A stretch of DNA of 64,000 nucleotides from Myxococcota bacterium (GTDB lineage: Bacteria; Myxococcota; JACRCW01): positions 163-64,162 of the forward strand of contig JBFMGU010000022.1 of assembly GCA_040752415.1 (NCBI GenBank), read 5' to 3'. A program made the position numbers and the translations under genes. Shown here piece by piece: positions 38,766-48,359 of the stretch. The notes beneath the pieces are model-generated. The model saw only the letters and a list, made by a program, of their open reading frames with translations. It was not told the origin of the DNA and did not search any database. The stretch's first letter is position 1. Each line of letters starts with the position of its first letter.

Positions 38766-39515
38766 TCATGATGCCACCGCCAGGTCCTGGACGTTACGGA
38801 CGTGCCGGACGTTGATTCCCAGGTCGGCGCCATGCCCGCGGCGGATTGCCAGGGCGGCGAAGAAGTCCGAAGCGGGACGAAGCAGAGCAAACTGCCAGGT
38901 GGTGGCGTCGTCGCCCAGGCGCGGGTCCAGGGCCACCTGGATGGGAGCGTCGTCGGCGACGAGGAAGGAGAACTGGTCCAGCGGAATCGCCAGCCCCATC
39001 CCCCGCGCCTTGATGTACGCCTCCTTCAGCGTCCAGAACTCGAAGAAGCGGGTGCGCTGACGCTCCCACGGCAACGCGAAGAGGGAGGACACCTCCTGCG
39101 GCGAGAAATAGTTCCCCGCAATGGACGTCACGTCCGTCTTCTCCGCACTGTTCTCGACGTCCACGCCGACATCCCGCTCCCACGCAACGGCGCAGGCAAT
39201 CAGTCCCTGTGTGTTGGAGAGGTTGAAACGCAGCGGAACCCGCGGCTCCGCGATCTCCGGGCGTCCGTGCTCATTGGTGCGGAACACCCACGCCGCGGGA
39301 TCCACTTCGACGTAGCGGGACAGCGTGGAGCGCACCAAGGCGCGGGTGAGCAGGAACTCGTCACGGTTCCGAGGAAAGAGGTAGCGCTGGTGCCGTGCGC
39401 GCTCGGTCGGGTGCAGCCAGGCCCAGAAGGGACTCTCCGGCGTCGCGGTCCCGTCGACGGGCAGGAGCCAGAGGTCGGCCTGGTTGCTGTCCAGAGGCAA
39501 CAGCGCGCGCGACAC
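38766..39515 (-). CDS. Sfp-type 4'-phosphopantetheinyl transferase
   Basis: FNLSNTQGLIACAVA, VGVDVE, FWTLKEAYIKARGMG (the W/KEA motif). The GTG start follows the pfa3 stop directly (39518..39513 reads TGA-GTG on the minus strand). Confidence 0.85.
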   Translation of the reverse strand: MSRALLPLDSNQADLWLLPVDGTATPESPFWAWLHPTERARHQRYLFPRNRDEFLLTRALVRSTLSRYVEVDPAAWVFRTNEHGRPEIAEPRVPLRFNLSNTQGLIACAVAWERDVGVDVENSAEKTDVTSIAGNYFSPQEVSSLFALPWERQRTRFFEFWTLKEAYIKARGMGLAIPLDQFSFLVADDAPIQVALDPRLGDDATTWQFALLRPASDFFAALAIRRGHGADLGINVRHVRNVQDLAVAS

Positions 39516-42500
39516 TCAACCCTCCGCATCCGCCGTGTCGTCGCCCCGGAGCCAACGGGCCAGGCGGGCCAGCCAGAGGCCCCGGGGATCGTCGGGCACG
39601 TCGAACCGGCCCGTGCGGAGCATGTCCACGAGGTGGCGCGTGGATTCCGCGCGGTACGTCTTCATGTTCGCCAGCGTGGCGCAGATGACCGCCCGCTCAG
39701 GGTTGGCACCCGGCTGGGCACGCCAGGCCTCCACCTCCGACGAGAACGCGGGGTCGGGCGGGGTGGGCATTTCCTCGGAGGGATCCGGACCCGTGCCGTT
39801 GATGGCATCCAGGACCACCTGCTTGCGCTCCTTCAGGCGCAACCCGCGCAGCTGTTCCGGCATGAGGGGGGCGCCGATCCAGAAGTCCTGGCGTCCCATG
39901 CCCACTGGGAAATCCAGCCGCTGGCCGAGCTCCTCCGCGGGAAGACCGGCCACGAAGCGCACCGGGATGATGGGCGCACCCACCTCCAGCGCCATGTCGA
40001 TGAACGCCGAGCTGACCGTCACCACACGCTGGCGGCACGAAAGCGAGCGCGTTCCCTCGACGTGGACCATGGCGCTCTTGCCCGTGGTCTTCATGTCCTC
40101 GGTCATCTCACCAATGGTCCGCACCGCTGAGCGACGATCATCACGCTGGAAATAGGTGATGAGCCGCGGGTCCACCGCGCCGGGATGCGAGAAGCTCAGC
40201 TTCAGCAGTCGCCCGACCCACGTGTCCTGGTGCTCCGCCTTGGCCAGCGTCACCGTGCGCACATCCGTCAGCGCCGAGGCGATCACCGAGAACAACAGGG
40301 ACTCCACCACGACCTGGTGGTTGGCGAGATAGAGGCAGTTCTTCCCCCGCAGCCTTGCGAACGCATCCGGGTCCGCAATCACCACGTCCCCGACGAAGCG
40401 CTCGATCAACCCGAAGAAGATGTCCTCCACCGGCCACGCCCCAAGGCCCATCCACTGCCGCCAGCGCGCCTCCACCAGCGACATGTCCGTGAAGGGCAGC
40501 CCATCGTCGGAGACACGCACCACGTCGCCGGTGCGCTCCACCCGCAGCGGATGACGACGCAGCGGCCGCATGCCCACCGTGGCGCTCTTCAAGTCCGCGG
40601 CCGGCTGCACCGTGGAGGGATGCACGACGGCCCGTTGCGCCACGTGGTCCCGCAGCGCCACCTCAGCAACCAGGTCTGCCGTCGCGGGCACGCGGTAGAT
40701 GCGCGCCACGTTGCCCGGGAGCCAGTCGCTGGTCTTCACGTCCACCGTCGAGGCGACCGTAGCGCTGCCCTCCGCGCGGGAGAGCCGGAGCCCGGGCATG
40801 TAGCGTCGGTCGCGCAGGAAGGCGCGCCTATCCGCACGCGAAGCGCGGCCGATGGGCCCCTTGGGCAGGAGCACCTCCACCAGCGTGAGCGCAGCACACA
40901 CCGCGCCGTTGACGAGGAGCTGGATGTCGAACTTCGGGAACCGTGGCTCGCCGTCAAACCCGGCAAAGCGCACCTCCACCTGGGCCTCGCCCGATTCCGG
41001 AATGTCCGCGAACAGGCGCATGGTGGGAATGCGGTACGGATAGCCCACCACGTCGTCGGGGATGTCCTGCGACCAGCGCGAGAGCGCGTCGTGCGGAATG
41101 GCGTGGGTGAGTGCGTCCAGGAGTCCCTGGTGCAACGCACCACGCGGAACGCCGCGCAGCGCCAAGTCAAGGACTCCGCTGGCGCCCGAGGAACCGATGC
41201 GCAGCGAGCGCAGCATGCGGAACGAAGGTCCGTGGAACAGCGCACCGGAATCGTACGGATCCTCCTCGGGAGCCGCATCCGCCAGTGGCGGCAATGGTGC
41301 CGGCGGCGGGTCGTAGCGGTCTGCGAGCAGGACGCGGCCATCCGCCACGGGCTCAAACCGGCTAAGTGCCGCGTCACGCGCTTCACGCCAGGCCAGCAGC
41401 CGAACCTCGCGCGCTGCGTCCGTTCCCGACACCTCGGTACGCAACCGGATAGGTCCGCCGGGGAAAGGCAGCCAGCGTCGCACCTGCACGTCGGAGAGAC
41501 CGACCACGCGCTGCCGCGACCCGCGAAGCGCGCCCTGCGCCAGGCGGTCCACCATAGACATCATCGGCAACGCGGGCAGCGTCCAGGTCGGGCAGTGGTC
41601 GGCGAGCCAGGTGTCCACGGCAGGATCGAGCACCTCCTCGGCGCTGGGCCGGGGCGCCTCGCCGCGCACGATGCGCATGCCGAGGTTCTTCGCGTGGTAG
41701 ATGCGCTTGCCATCCACCCACAGCGACGCTTCCGCCATGGCGTAACGTCCGCGCGCATCCTCCCCAACCTCGGTCAGCTCGACCTCGGTGGTGATGCAGC
41801 GATTGGTCGGCACCACCTGCCCGCGGTACTTCCACGTCACGGCGCGTCCCAGCGCCAGCGGCTCGAAGCGAGCGTTCTCGATGCCGTCCCCCATGCCCCG
41901 CTCGATCATCACGAACTGCAGGAGTTGCAGCAGCGCTTCCACGCCGAGCGAGCCGGGCTGCACGGGGTCCTGGTAGAAGTGGGCCTTGAAGTACCACTCC
42001 GCGGGTTTCACGTCCTTCTCGGCACGCGCCCAGCCCAGGCACTTGCGCCCGCCCGCGGGGGCGTAGCCGGTGACCCGGTCCAGCATGCACAACATGGGAT
42101 TGGGCAGGCGGAGTGTGGTGTCGAAGTAGCGTGCCGGCCGCGTGGTGAGGTCCACTCGGAAGTCCGAGGACTGCCCGACGCGCGCGGTGTCTTCCGACGT
42201 GACCGGCAGCCCCACCTGGTTCTCGAACGCCTCCTTCGGGAAGAACCCGAAGACGGTGTTCATGGTGTAGACGCGCGTGTCACCCAGGAAGCACTCGACG
42301 GCGAATGACTCGATGATCATCCCCGCGGAACGCGACACGTCGGTCACCTTCACCTTGGTGCGCAGCGTGCCCGAAGGCGGGAGGACCTCCACCTCGAGCG
42401 TGCCGGTGCCGTCGAGGTTGCGGAACATGAGGTCGATATCGGTGGAGAGCGCGCTGCCAATGTAGCTCGCGAGCCAGCCACACGGCTGCAGCGCGGCTTC

Positions 42501-45500
42501 CATCAACACGCAGAACGGCATGGTCGGGTGGCCGTTGGCGTCGAAGTACCAGGCCTGCGGCGGGACGTCGTACTCCACTTCGATGGTGCCGCCGGCGCGG
42601 AGCACACCCATGGGCGTGTCCGTGCGCGTGACGCGCGACATGAAGTGGTACGGCGGTCCCGGCAGACGCGCCACCCTGCGCGTGCCGTCAAAGGGCGCGT
42701 AGACGGGCCCGAACGCCTTGGACGGCTTGCCCCACGCGCACGCCATCAACGACGCGTAGTCGAACTTGAAGCCTTGGTGGGAAGCCACGGGCTTAGGCTC
42801 CACGTAGCCTTGCTGACCGCCGAGGCGGGGCAACTCGAGCGAGCGGTACGCCGGGTCGGAGGCGGGAACCATGGGACGTTGTGCCCAGGGCTCCAGCGGC
42901 CAGTCCGGAACCAGGCGCAGTCCGACGTGACGCGCGTGGAACGCCTTGAGCCCGTCGACGGTGCAGAGCAGGTCCGCATAGACCATGGGAATGGGTCCCG
43001 CGACCACCTCCTCGACGAACACCTCGTAGGTGAGGTGCTTGGAGGACGGAATCACCTGCCCGCGGCAGCGCATGGGGATCTTCACGTCGGGAACGGGCTC
43101 AAAGCGCCAGCCGTCCCGATCCAGCGTGTAACCCATGCCCGCCAGGTAGAACGCCATGGCCTGCACGCAACCCTCAAACATCAACGTGCCCGGCATGCAG
43201 GGGTCGTTCTTGAAGTGCCCCGCGAAGTACCAGTCATCCGGGGTGATGTCCGCTTCCGCGCGCAGGTAGCCGCGCTTCCAGGGACCACCACGAGGATCAA
43301 AGTCCGTGACCCGGTGGAGGAACACCATCTTGCCCGACTGGATCGTCGGGGTGCGCACGTGGGTCTGCGCGCGCTCGAAACCCGGTCCGAAACAATCATG
43401 AGCGCGGCCCTCCGAGAACGCGCGGATGTCCTCACGCGTGAACGCGCGCTTGGTGCATTGGACGGCAGGCGGGTCGAGCGGGCCGGTGGTTCCGTGGTCC
43501 GCGGTGGCGGCATCCCACAGCACGCCGCCAGAGTTCGCGAGCTCCTCGTCGGTGAAGAAGCCCGCCTGACCGTTGCGTACCGAGAGGCGGAGCTCCCCGT
43601 TCACGCGGCAGTCGTAGTGGAAGAACATCAGGCGCACGTCGCCCTGCGTTGCGTGACCGTCGACGTGGATCTCGTAGACCAGCGTCTCGCCGGGACGGGG
43701 AAGCTCGCCGTGGTAGGTCAGCTCACAGCCCAGGAGGCGATACACGCGCTCGCTGCGGTTGAGGCGATCCACGCCGAGCCAGGAGATGAGCAGCAGGTCC
43801 GCCTGACCGGACTCGATCATCACTCCCGCTGGCATCCGTCCCTCGTGCAAGTACCAGCTCGACCACGTGACATCGGTTTCGGTCCAGATGGTGCCGCGGC
43901 CCATGGAGCCGGGCTCCGCGTCGATGCCGGTGACGCGATCCGCGAGCAGGAGCGGCGGCTCCGGCATCCGCACCTGGCGCACGAAGCCGTCCTGGTGCGC
44001 GAACAACGGACCGAACACGTCCGAAATGCGACCCGAAGCGAGAACCTCGAGCTGCGCGCGGTTGAACTTGGGGCCGGGCAGCGTCGGAGCGGGAGGAATC
44101 GGCGTGGGAACAACAGCGCGCGCCTGCACCGGGAGTGGAGGCGGAGCCATGGGGGGCTTCACCGGTACCGGCGTGTGATGCGTGCCGTTGGTTCCGTTGG
44201 TGCCATGGGCGGTGGGCCGCGCGGGCTCGACGGGGATGGCGATGGTGCTCGCGCCGTTTCCATACGCGCGCAACAGGCCTGCAAGCGTGTTCTGCTGGAA
44301 CGCCAGGAAGCGGGAATGCGCGGCTGCTTGTGCGTCGAGGAACTCGCGGTGGACCGCCGCGAGACGGGCGTGTTCCTCCGCGACCCGTGCCAGAACATCC
44401 GACGTCGGCGCCCGCGTAGCCGCGCGGGGCGGCGGAGCCGCAGGCGCAGGACGGACCACGACGGCATCCGCGGCAGCGACGGGGACAAGGGCCGGTGTGG
44501 CCGCTGGTGCTGGTGGCGGTGGCGGGGTGACGACGACCTGGGGCGCTGGCGCACGCACCGGGACCGGCACCGGCGTCGGGACCGGGAGGGACTCCGCGGC
44601 CGGCGGCGGAAGCGGTTGGAAATCAGACAACGTCGAGACCAGCGTGGGAGCAGGAGCCATCCGCTGCGTGGATTCCGCCCACGACGGAAGGCGGACCTCC
44701 AGTGCATGCGCGGGAATGGTGAGCGCGGGCCCTGCGTACGCCGACGTGGGCGGGCGGTAACCCACCGCGCGCTCCAGTGCCGCGGGGTCCAGCGGAACTC
44801 CCGACGCCACCAGCCACGCCGCGGCGTTGTGCAACTGACGGATGCCGTTGCGGCCAGCCACGTCGAGCGGCACCGCCACGTGGTCACGGTCTCCCAGGAT
44901 GCGCTTGATCCAACCGCTGCACAGACCGCGCGGCCCGTGCTCCAGGAACACGCGGACACCGTCGGCGTACGCACGCTCGATCACGCGTGGGAAATCCAGT
45001 GTGCGCACGGCCTGGGCGGTGATCGCCTCGGCTGCGGCGTCGGCGGTGGCGCGGTAGGACGCTCCGCTTCCAACGGAATAGAACCGCACTTCCGGGACAT
45101 CCCACGTCTGACGATGGTGCAGCTCGTACCAGGGACGACGAATCTCCTCGATCTCGGGGCAATGCGCCGCCATCGCGTAGCCAAGCGGCACGGCCTTGTC
45201 GCGCCCGAGCTTCGTGAGGACCCGGTCGCACGCCGACACTTCGCCGCCGATCACGCACTCGTCGGGTGAATTCACGATCGTGAGATGGGCCAGCGGCTCA
45301 CCCCGCAGCGCCTCCTGCACCGTCGCGGGCGACGCGGCAACGCTCCACGCGCGCCACGTTCCGCTTTCAAAACCCAGACGAGCCCACACACGGCGCGCCG
45401 CCGCGAACTCCCCGGCAATCTCCGTGTTGAAGATCGGACCGGTCCGCGACTCGCGCATCATCGCGTCGAGGTCGCGCCAGGCACCCATCGCGAAGAGCGC

Positions 45501-48359
45501 ATTGCTCTCCCCGGAGGAGTACCCGATGGTGGCGTGGGGACGAAGCCCGAGGATGCCGCGCGTAACCTCGGCGTGGAGCTGGCACAGGAAGGTGCTTGCC
45601 CAGAGCTGATCCAGCGGATGGCTCGGCTCTCCCGTCGGTCCAAAGACCCAGGACGTAGCCTCCTCCAAAGACGCACAACGCGACGCCAACGAAGCCAGCG
45701 CATCCGGCATGGCGAGCGCCACGTCGCGGCCCATGCCCTGGTATCCCGCCGCTGCCCCCGTGAAGACGAACGCCAGCTCGCCGCCAATGGGAGACTCACG
45801 GAACGCCACGCCTTCAGGCAGCGGCCCACCCGCCTCGAGATGCCGCCGTGCCTGCGCTGCGCGCGCCGTGTGCTCCTCCGCTCCGCTGGCGACGACGACG
45901 AGGCGCATCGGTCCCGCGTTGGACTCCTGACTGTTCTCAAGCGCACGAAGCACCTCGGTGCGCGAAGTGCCCGAGTAGACCCACAGGCGCGGCGGGCGCT
46001 CGGCGTGAAGTGGCTCCGCGGGTCCGTCGGCACGAATCCGCACCGACGTCAGAGCGCCACCCAACACCGGCGTACCGGCTTCCGCCACCCGAGGCCCGGA
46101 CCACGGCGACGCCGCACGATCCGACTCCGGCCGCGCTCCGTGATGGACACTCCAAGCCGCCGCCGCCACCTGGAGCAACCCCGACGCCGCATGTGCCTTG
46201 CCCTGCGCGAAGGGATCTACCGCACCCTCGCCCTCGCCGAGACGGAGCGTCGGCTTCCCGGTTCCCTCGTCGAGCACGGCAATGACACGGTGCCCACGCG
46301 CCCGCGCGTCGTCCAACCGCTCGAGGACGAGCACCACCGCGGCATCGCCCTGGGGCGCCTCATGTTCCAGCTCGGTGAGGGCCGCGTGCTGCACGGGCTC
46401 GTCGGAGAAGTCCACGGCGCCAACGATTGCCGCGTCCAGCTCGCCTTCGCGCAGTGCTCGCGCCGCAAGCTCCAACGCCACGATCCCCGACGCCTCCTCC
46501 GAGGAGACGGTGAATCCCGGGCCGCAGAGGTCGAGCTGCGCGTTCACGCGGTTGGCCGGGATGTTGGGCATGGTCCCGACGACGCCCGCGGCCACCAGGC
46601 GCGACTGGAACGCATCCCGCGCGGCAGCCAGGAAGCCCTGCGGAACCTCATCTCCGGTGCGGGCGCACCACGCGTCGACCCATTCCGCGACACGCCAGCG
46701 CGCGCCGTAACGGGCAATCTCGGCGTCGCAGCCCATGCCCACGAGGACACCGGTGCGCTCGCGGGCGAACGTCAGGCCGGCACAGGCCTCGCGCGCGGCT
46801 TCCAGGAGCAGGAGCTGCTGCGGCAGGGACTTCTCGAGGTCGAGGGGCGGAAAACGCACGCCTTCCAGGGCCACTGACATCTTCTCCCGACGAGGACGCC
46901 ATGACCGTCCCGCGAGCACCGCCGCCGCCGCTTCCTCCGCGCCGGTGGTGTCGCCGAGCATGGCACCGATTGCCACGATGGCCACCGCGGGCTTGTGCCT
47001 TCCGACGAAGACCGGGTGCGCAGCGGAGTCGCCCCCCGGTTCCTCGACGAGGATGTGCGCGTTGTTTCCGCCGAACCCGAACGCGCTGACCGAGGCGAGT
47101 CGCGGGCGGTCCGACGTCCACTTCTCCGGCGCGGTGACCAGACGGAACGGCGTGCCGGAAAGCGCACTGATCGGCGCGTCTGCATTCAGCGTGGGCGGCC
47201 GGGTGCCCGCGTCCATGGCCGCAATCACCTTCATCACGCCCGCGGCGCCCGCCGCCGTGATGAGGTGCCCCACGTTGGACTTGAAAGAGCCGATGGGCAC
47301 TTCGTGCGCGCCCTCGAACACCGCGGCCATCGCGCGCACTTCCGTGGCGTCGCCCACGGGGGTGCCGGTGGCGTGACATTCCACCAGGGACACATCCGAG
47401 GGCGCACGGCCTGACATGCCATAGGCCAGCCGCATGGCGCGGACCTGACCTTCCTGCGAGGGTGCCAGCAGCCCGCGACCGCGTCCGTCATTGGACAGAC
47501 CGACGCCGCGGATGACGCCGAGAATGCGGTCGTTGGCAGCACGCGCATCCCCCAGACGCTTCAAGACGAGCAGCGCGGCGCCCTCGGCGGGGACGAGCCC
47601 GTCGGCGTCGCGGTGGAAGGGACGGCTCCGTCCGCTCTTGCTCATGGCAGCGAGCGAGCAGAAGCCCACGTGCAGGAACAGCGAATCCGCGGCGTTCACG
47701 GCGCCAGCCACCATCACGTCGGCGGTGCGGTCATGGAGGCGGTCGCATGCGAGCTTGATGGCATAGAGCGAGGAGGCGCATGCCGCGTCGAGCGAGAATC
47801 CACCGAGCTCCAGTCCCAACGCCGAAGCGGCCAGGTGCGCCGACAGGCCGGACATGAAGCGGTTGCGTGCATCGGGTCGGTCGACGCCGGCCAGGGAGCG
47901 GGCGCGACCACCGAGCAGCGACGCACCCTGCTGGTCGAGCCACACGCTTTCCGCGTAGCGGGTCAGTGACGCCGTGGGGAAGGAGAGGTTTCCCAGGACG
48001 AGGCCGGCGCGCGCCGAACGTCCCTCATAACCCATGGAATGCAGCGCCGTGCGACCGGCGTGAAGCACCCACTGGACACCCGGATCCAGGCCACGCACGA
48101 CGTCGGCCGGGAGGTGGAAGCCGGCAGGGTCGAACACCTTCTCGAACCCGTCGACGTATCCACCCGCGTCGGACCAGGCGCGGTCGACATGGTCCTGCGG
48201 GGTGCCCATGGCGTGACGTGGCGCCAGTCTCCAGCGTCCCGGCGGCGCGCCGGTGATCCGGCTTTGGCCCTGCAGGACCAGGTCACGGAACGCCACCACG
48301 TCCAACGCGCCCGGCAGCACACAGCCCTGCCCGACAATCGCAATCGGCTCGAACATCAC
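39516..48359 (-). CDS. pfa3: PUFA-synthase subunit Pfa3-type: KS, CLF, AT, 2x(pseudo-DH + FabA-type DH), PS-DH-like, AGPAT
   Basis: KS DAACASSLYA. CLF with Cys replaced (FTVSSEEASG). AT GYSSGES. FabA-type FAGHFKNDPCMPGTL and FKAHFYQDPVQPGSLG. LADHCPTWTLPALP...LFHGPSFRML. Acyltransferase motifs ANHQVVVE (40320) and HVEGTRS. Confidence 0.92.
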   Translation of the reverse strand: MMFEPIAIVGQGCVLPGALDVVAFRDLVLQGQSRITGAPPGRWRLAPRHAMGTPQDHVDRAWSDAGGYVDGFEKVFDPAGFHLPADVVRGLDPGVQWVLHAGRTALHSMGYEGRSARAGLVLGNLSFPTASLTRYAESVWLDQQGASLLGGRARSLAGVDRPDARNRFMSGLSAHLAASALGLELGGFSLDAACASSLYAIKLACDRLHDRTADVMVAGAVNAADSLFLHVGFCSLAAMSKSGRSRPFHRDADGLVPAEGAALLVLKRLGDARAANDRILGVIRGVGLSNDGRGRGLLAPSQEGQVRAMRLAYGMSGRAPSDVSLVECHATGTPVGDATEVRAMAAVFEGAHEVPIGSFKSNVGHLITAAGAAGVMKVIAAMDAGTRPPTLNADAPISALSGTPFRLVTAPEKWTSDRPRLASVSAFGFGGNNAHILVEEPGGDSAAHPVFVGRHKPAVAIVAIGAMLGDTTGAEEAAAAVLAGRSWRPRREKMSVALEGVRFPPLDLEKSLPQQLLLLEAAREACAGLTFARERTGVLVGMGCDAEIARYGARWRVAEWVDAWCARTGDEVPQGFLAAARDAFQSRLVAAGVVGTMPNIPANRVNAQLDLCGPGFTVSSEEASGIVALELAARALREGELDAAIVGAVDFSDEPVQHAALTELEHEAPQGDAAVVLVLERLDDARARGHRVIAVLDEGTGKPTLRLGEGEGAVDPFAQGKAHAASGLLQVAAAAWSVHHGARPESDRAASPWSGPRVAEAGTPVLGGALTSVRIRADGPAEPLHAERPPRLWVYSGTSRTEVLRALENSQESNAGPMRLVVVASGAEEHTARAAQARRHLEAGGPLPEGVAFRESPIGGELAFVFTGAAAGYQGMGRDVALAMPDALASLASRCASLEEATSWVFGPTGEPSHPLDQLWASTFLCQLHAEVTRGILGLRPHATIGYSSGESNALFAMGAWRDLDAMMRESRTGPIFNTEIAGEFAAARRVWARLGFESGTWRAWSVAASPATVQEALRGEPLAHLTIVNSPDECVIGGEVSACDRVLTKLGRDKAVPLGYAMAAHCPEIEEIRRPWYELHHRQTWDVPEVRFYSVGSGASYRATADAAAEAITAQAVRTLDFPRVIERAYADGVRVFLEHGPRGLCSGWIKRILGDRDHVAVPLDVAGRNGIRQLHNAAAWLVASGVPLDPAALERAVGYRPPTSAYAGPALTIPAHALEVRLPSWAESTQRMAPAPTLVSTLSDFQPLPPPAAESLPVPTPVPVPVRAPAPQVVVTPPPPPAPAATPALVPVAAADAVVVRPAPAAPPPRAATRAPTSDVLARVAEEHARLAAVHREFLDAQAAAHSRFLAFQQNTLAGLLRAYGNGASTIAIPVEPARPTAHGTNGTNGTHHTPVPVKPPMAPPPLPVQARAVVPTPIPPAPTLPGPKFNRAQLEVLASGRISDVFGPLFAHQDGFVRQVRMPEPPLLLADRVTGIDAEPGSMGRGTIWTETDVTWSSWYLHEGRMPAGVMIESGQADLLLISWLGVDRLNRSERVYRLLGCELTYHGELPRPGETLVYEIHVDGHATQGDVRLMFFHYDCRVNGELRLSVRNGQAGFFTDEELANSGGVLWDAATADHGTTGPLDPPAVQCTKRAFTREDIRAFSEGRAHDCFGPGFERAQTHVRTPTIQSGKMVFLHRVTDFDPRGGPWKRGYLRAEADITPDDWYFAGHFKNDPCMPGTLMFEGCVQAMAFYLAGMGYTLDRDGWRFEPVPDVKIPMRCRGQVIPSSKHLTYEVFVEEVVAGPIPMVYADLLCTVDGLKAFHARHVGLRLVPDWPLEPWAQRPMVPASDPAYRSLELPRLGGQQGYVEPKPVASHQGFKFDYASLMACAWGKPSKAFGPVYAPFDGTRRVARLPGPPYHFMSRVTRTDTPMGVLRAGGTIEVEYDVPPQAWYFDANGHPTMPFCVLMEAALQPCGWLASYIGSALSTDIDLMFRNLDGTGTLEVEVLPPSGTLRTKVKVTDVSRSAGMIIESFAVECFLGDTRVYTMNTVFGFFPKEAFENQVGLPVTSEDTARVGQSSDFRVDLTTRPARYFDTTLRLPNPMLCMLDRVTGYAPAGGRKCLGWARAEKDVKPAEWYFKAHFYQDPVQPGSLGVEALLQLLQFVMIERGMGDGIENARFEPLALGRAVTWKYRGQVVPTNRCITTEVELTEVGEDARGRYAMAEASLWVDGKRIYHAKNLGMRIVRGEAPRPSAEEVLDPAVDTWLADHCPTWTLPALPMMSMVDRLAQGALRGSRQRVVGLSDVQVRRWLPFPGGPIRLRTEVSGTDAAREVRLLAWREARDAALSRFEPVADGRVLLADRYDPPPAPLPPLADAAPEEDPYDSGALFHGPSFRMLRSLRIGSSGASGVLDLALRGVPRGALHQGLLDALTHAIPHDALSRWSQDIPDDVVGYPYRIPTMRLFADIPESGEAQVEVRFAGFDGEPRFPKFDIQLLVNGAVCAALTLVEVLLPKGPIGRASRADRRAFLRDRRYMPGLRLSRAEGSATVASTVDVKTSDWLPGNVARIYRVPATADLVAEVALRDHVAQRAVVHPSTVQPAADLKSATVGMRPLRRHPLRVERTGDVVRVSDDGLPFTDMSLVEARWRQWMGLGAWPVEDIFFGLIERFVGDVVIADPDAFARLRGKNCLYLANHQVVVESLLFSVIASALTDVRTVTLAKAEHQDTWVGRLLKLSFSHPGAVDPRLITYFQRDDRRSAVRTIGEMTEDMKTTGKSAMVHVEGTRSLSCRQRVVTVSSAFIDMALEVGAPIIPVRFVAGLPAEELGQRLDFPVGMGRQDFWIGAPLMPEQLRGLRLKERKQVVLDAINGTGPDPSEEMPTPPDPAFSSEVEAWRAQPGANPERAVICATLANMKTYRAESTRHLVDMLRTGRFDVPDDPRGLWLARLARWLRGDDTADAEG

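Noticed and set aside
40185-46877. Three long plus-strand ORFs (707, 913 and 530 aa) inside pfa3
   Set aside because: Arg/His/Gly/Val-rich antisense frames, typical of high-GC coding DNA. The minus strand encodes contiguous KS-CLF-AT-DH domains.
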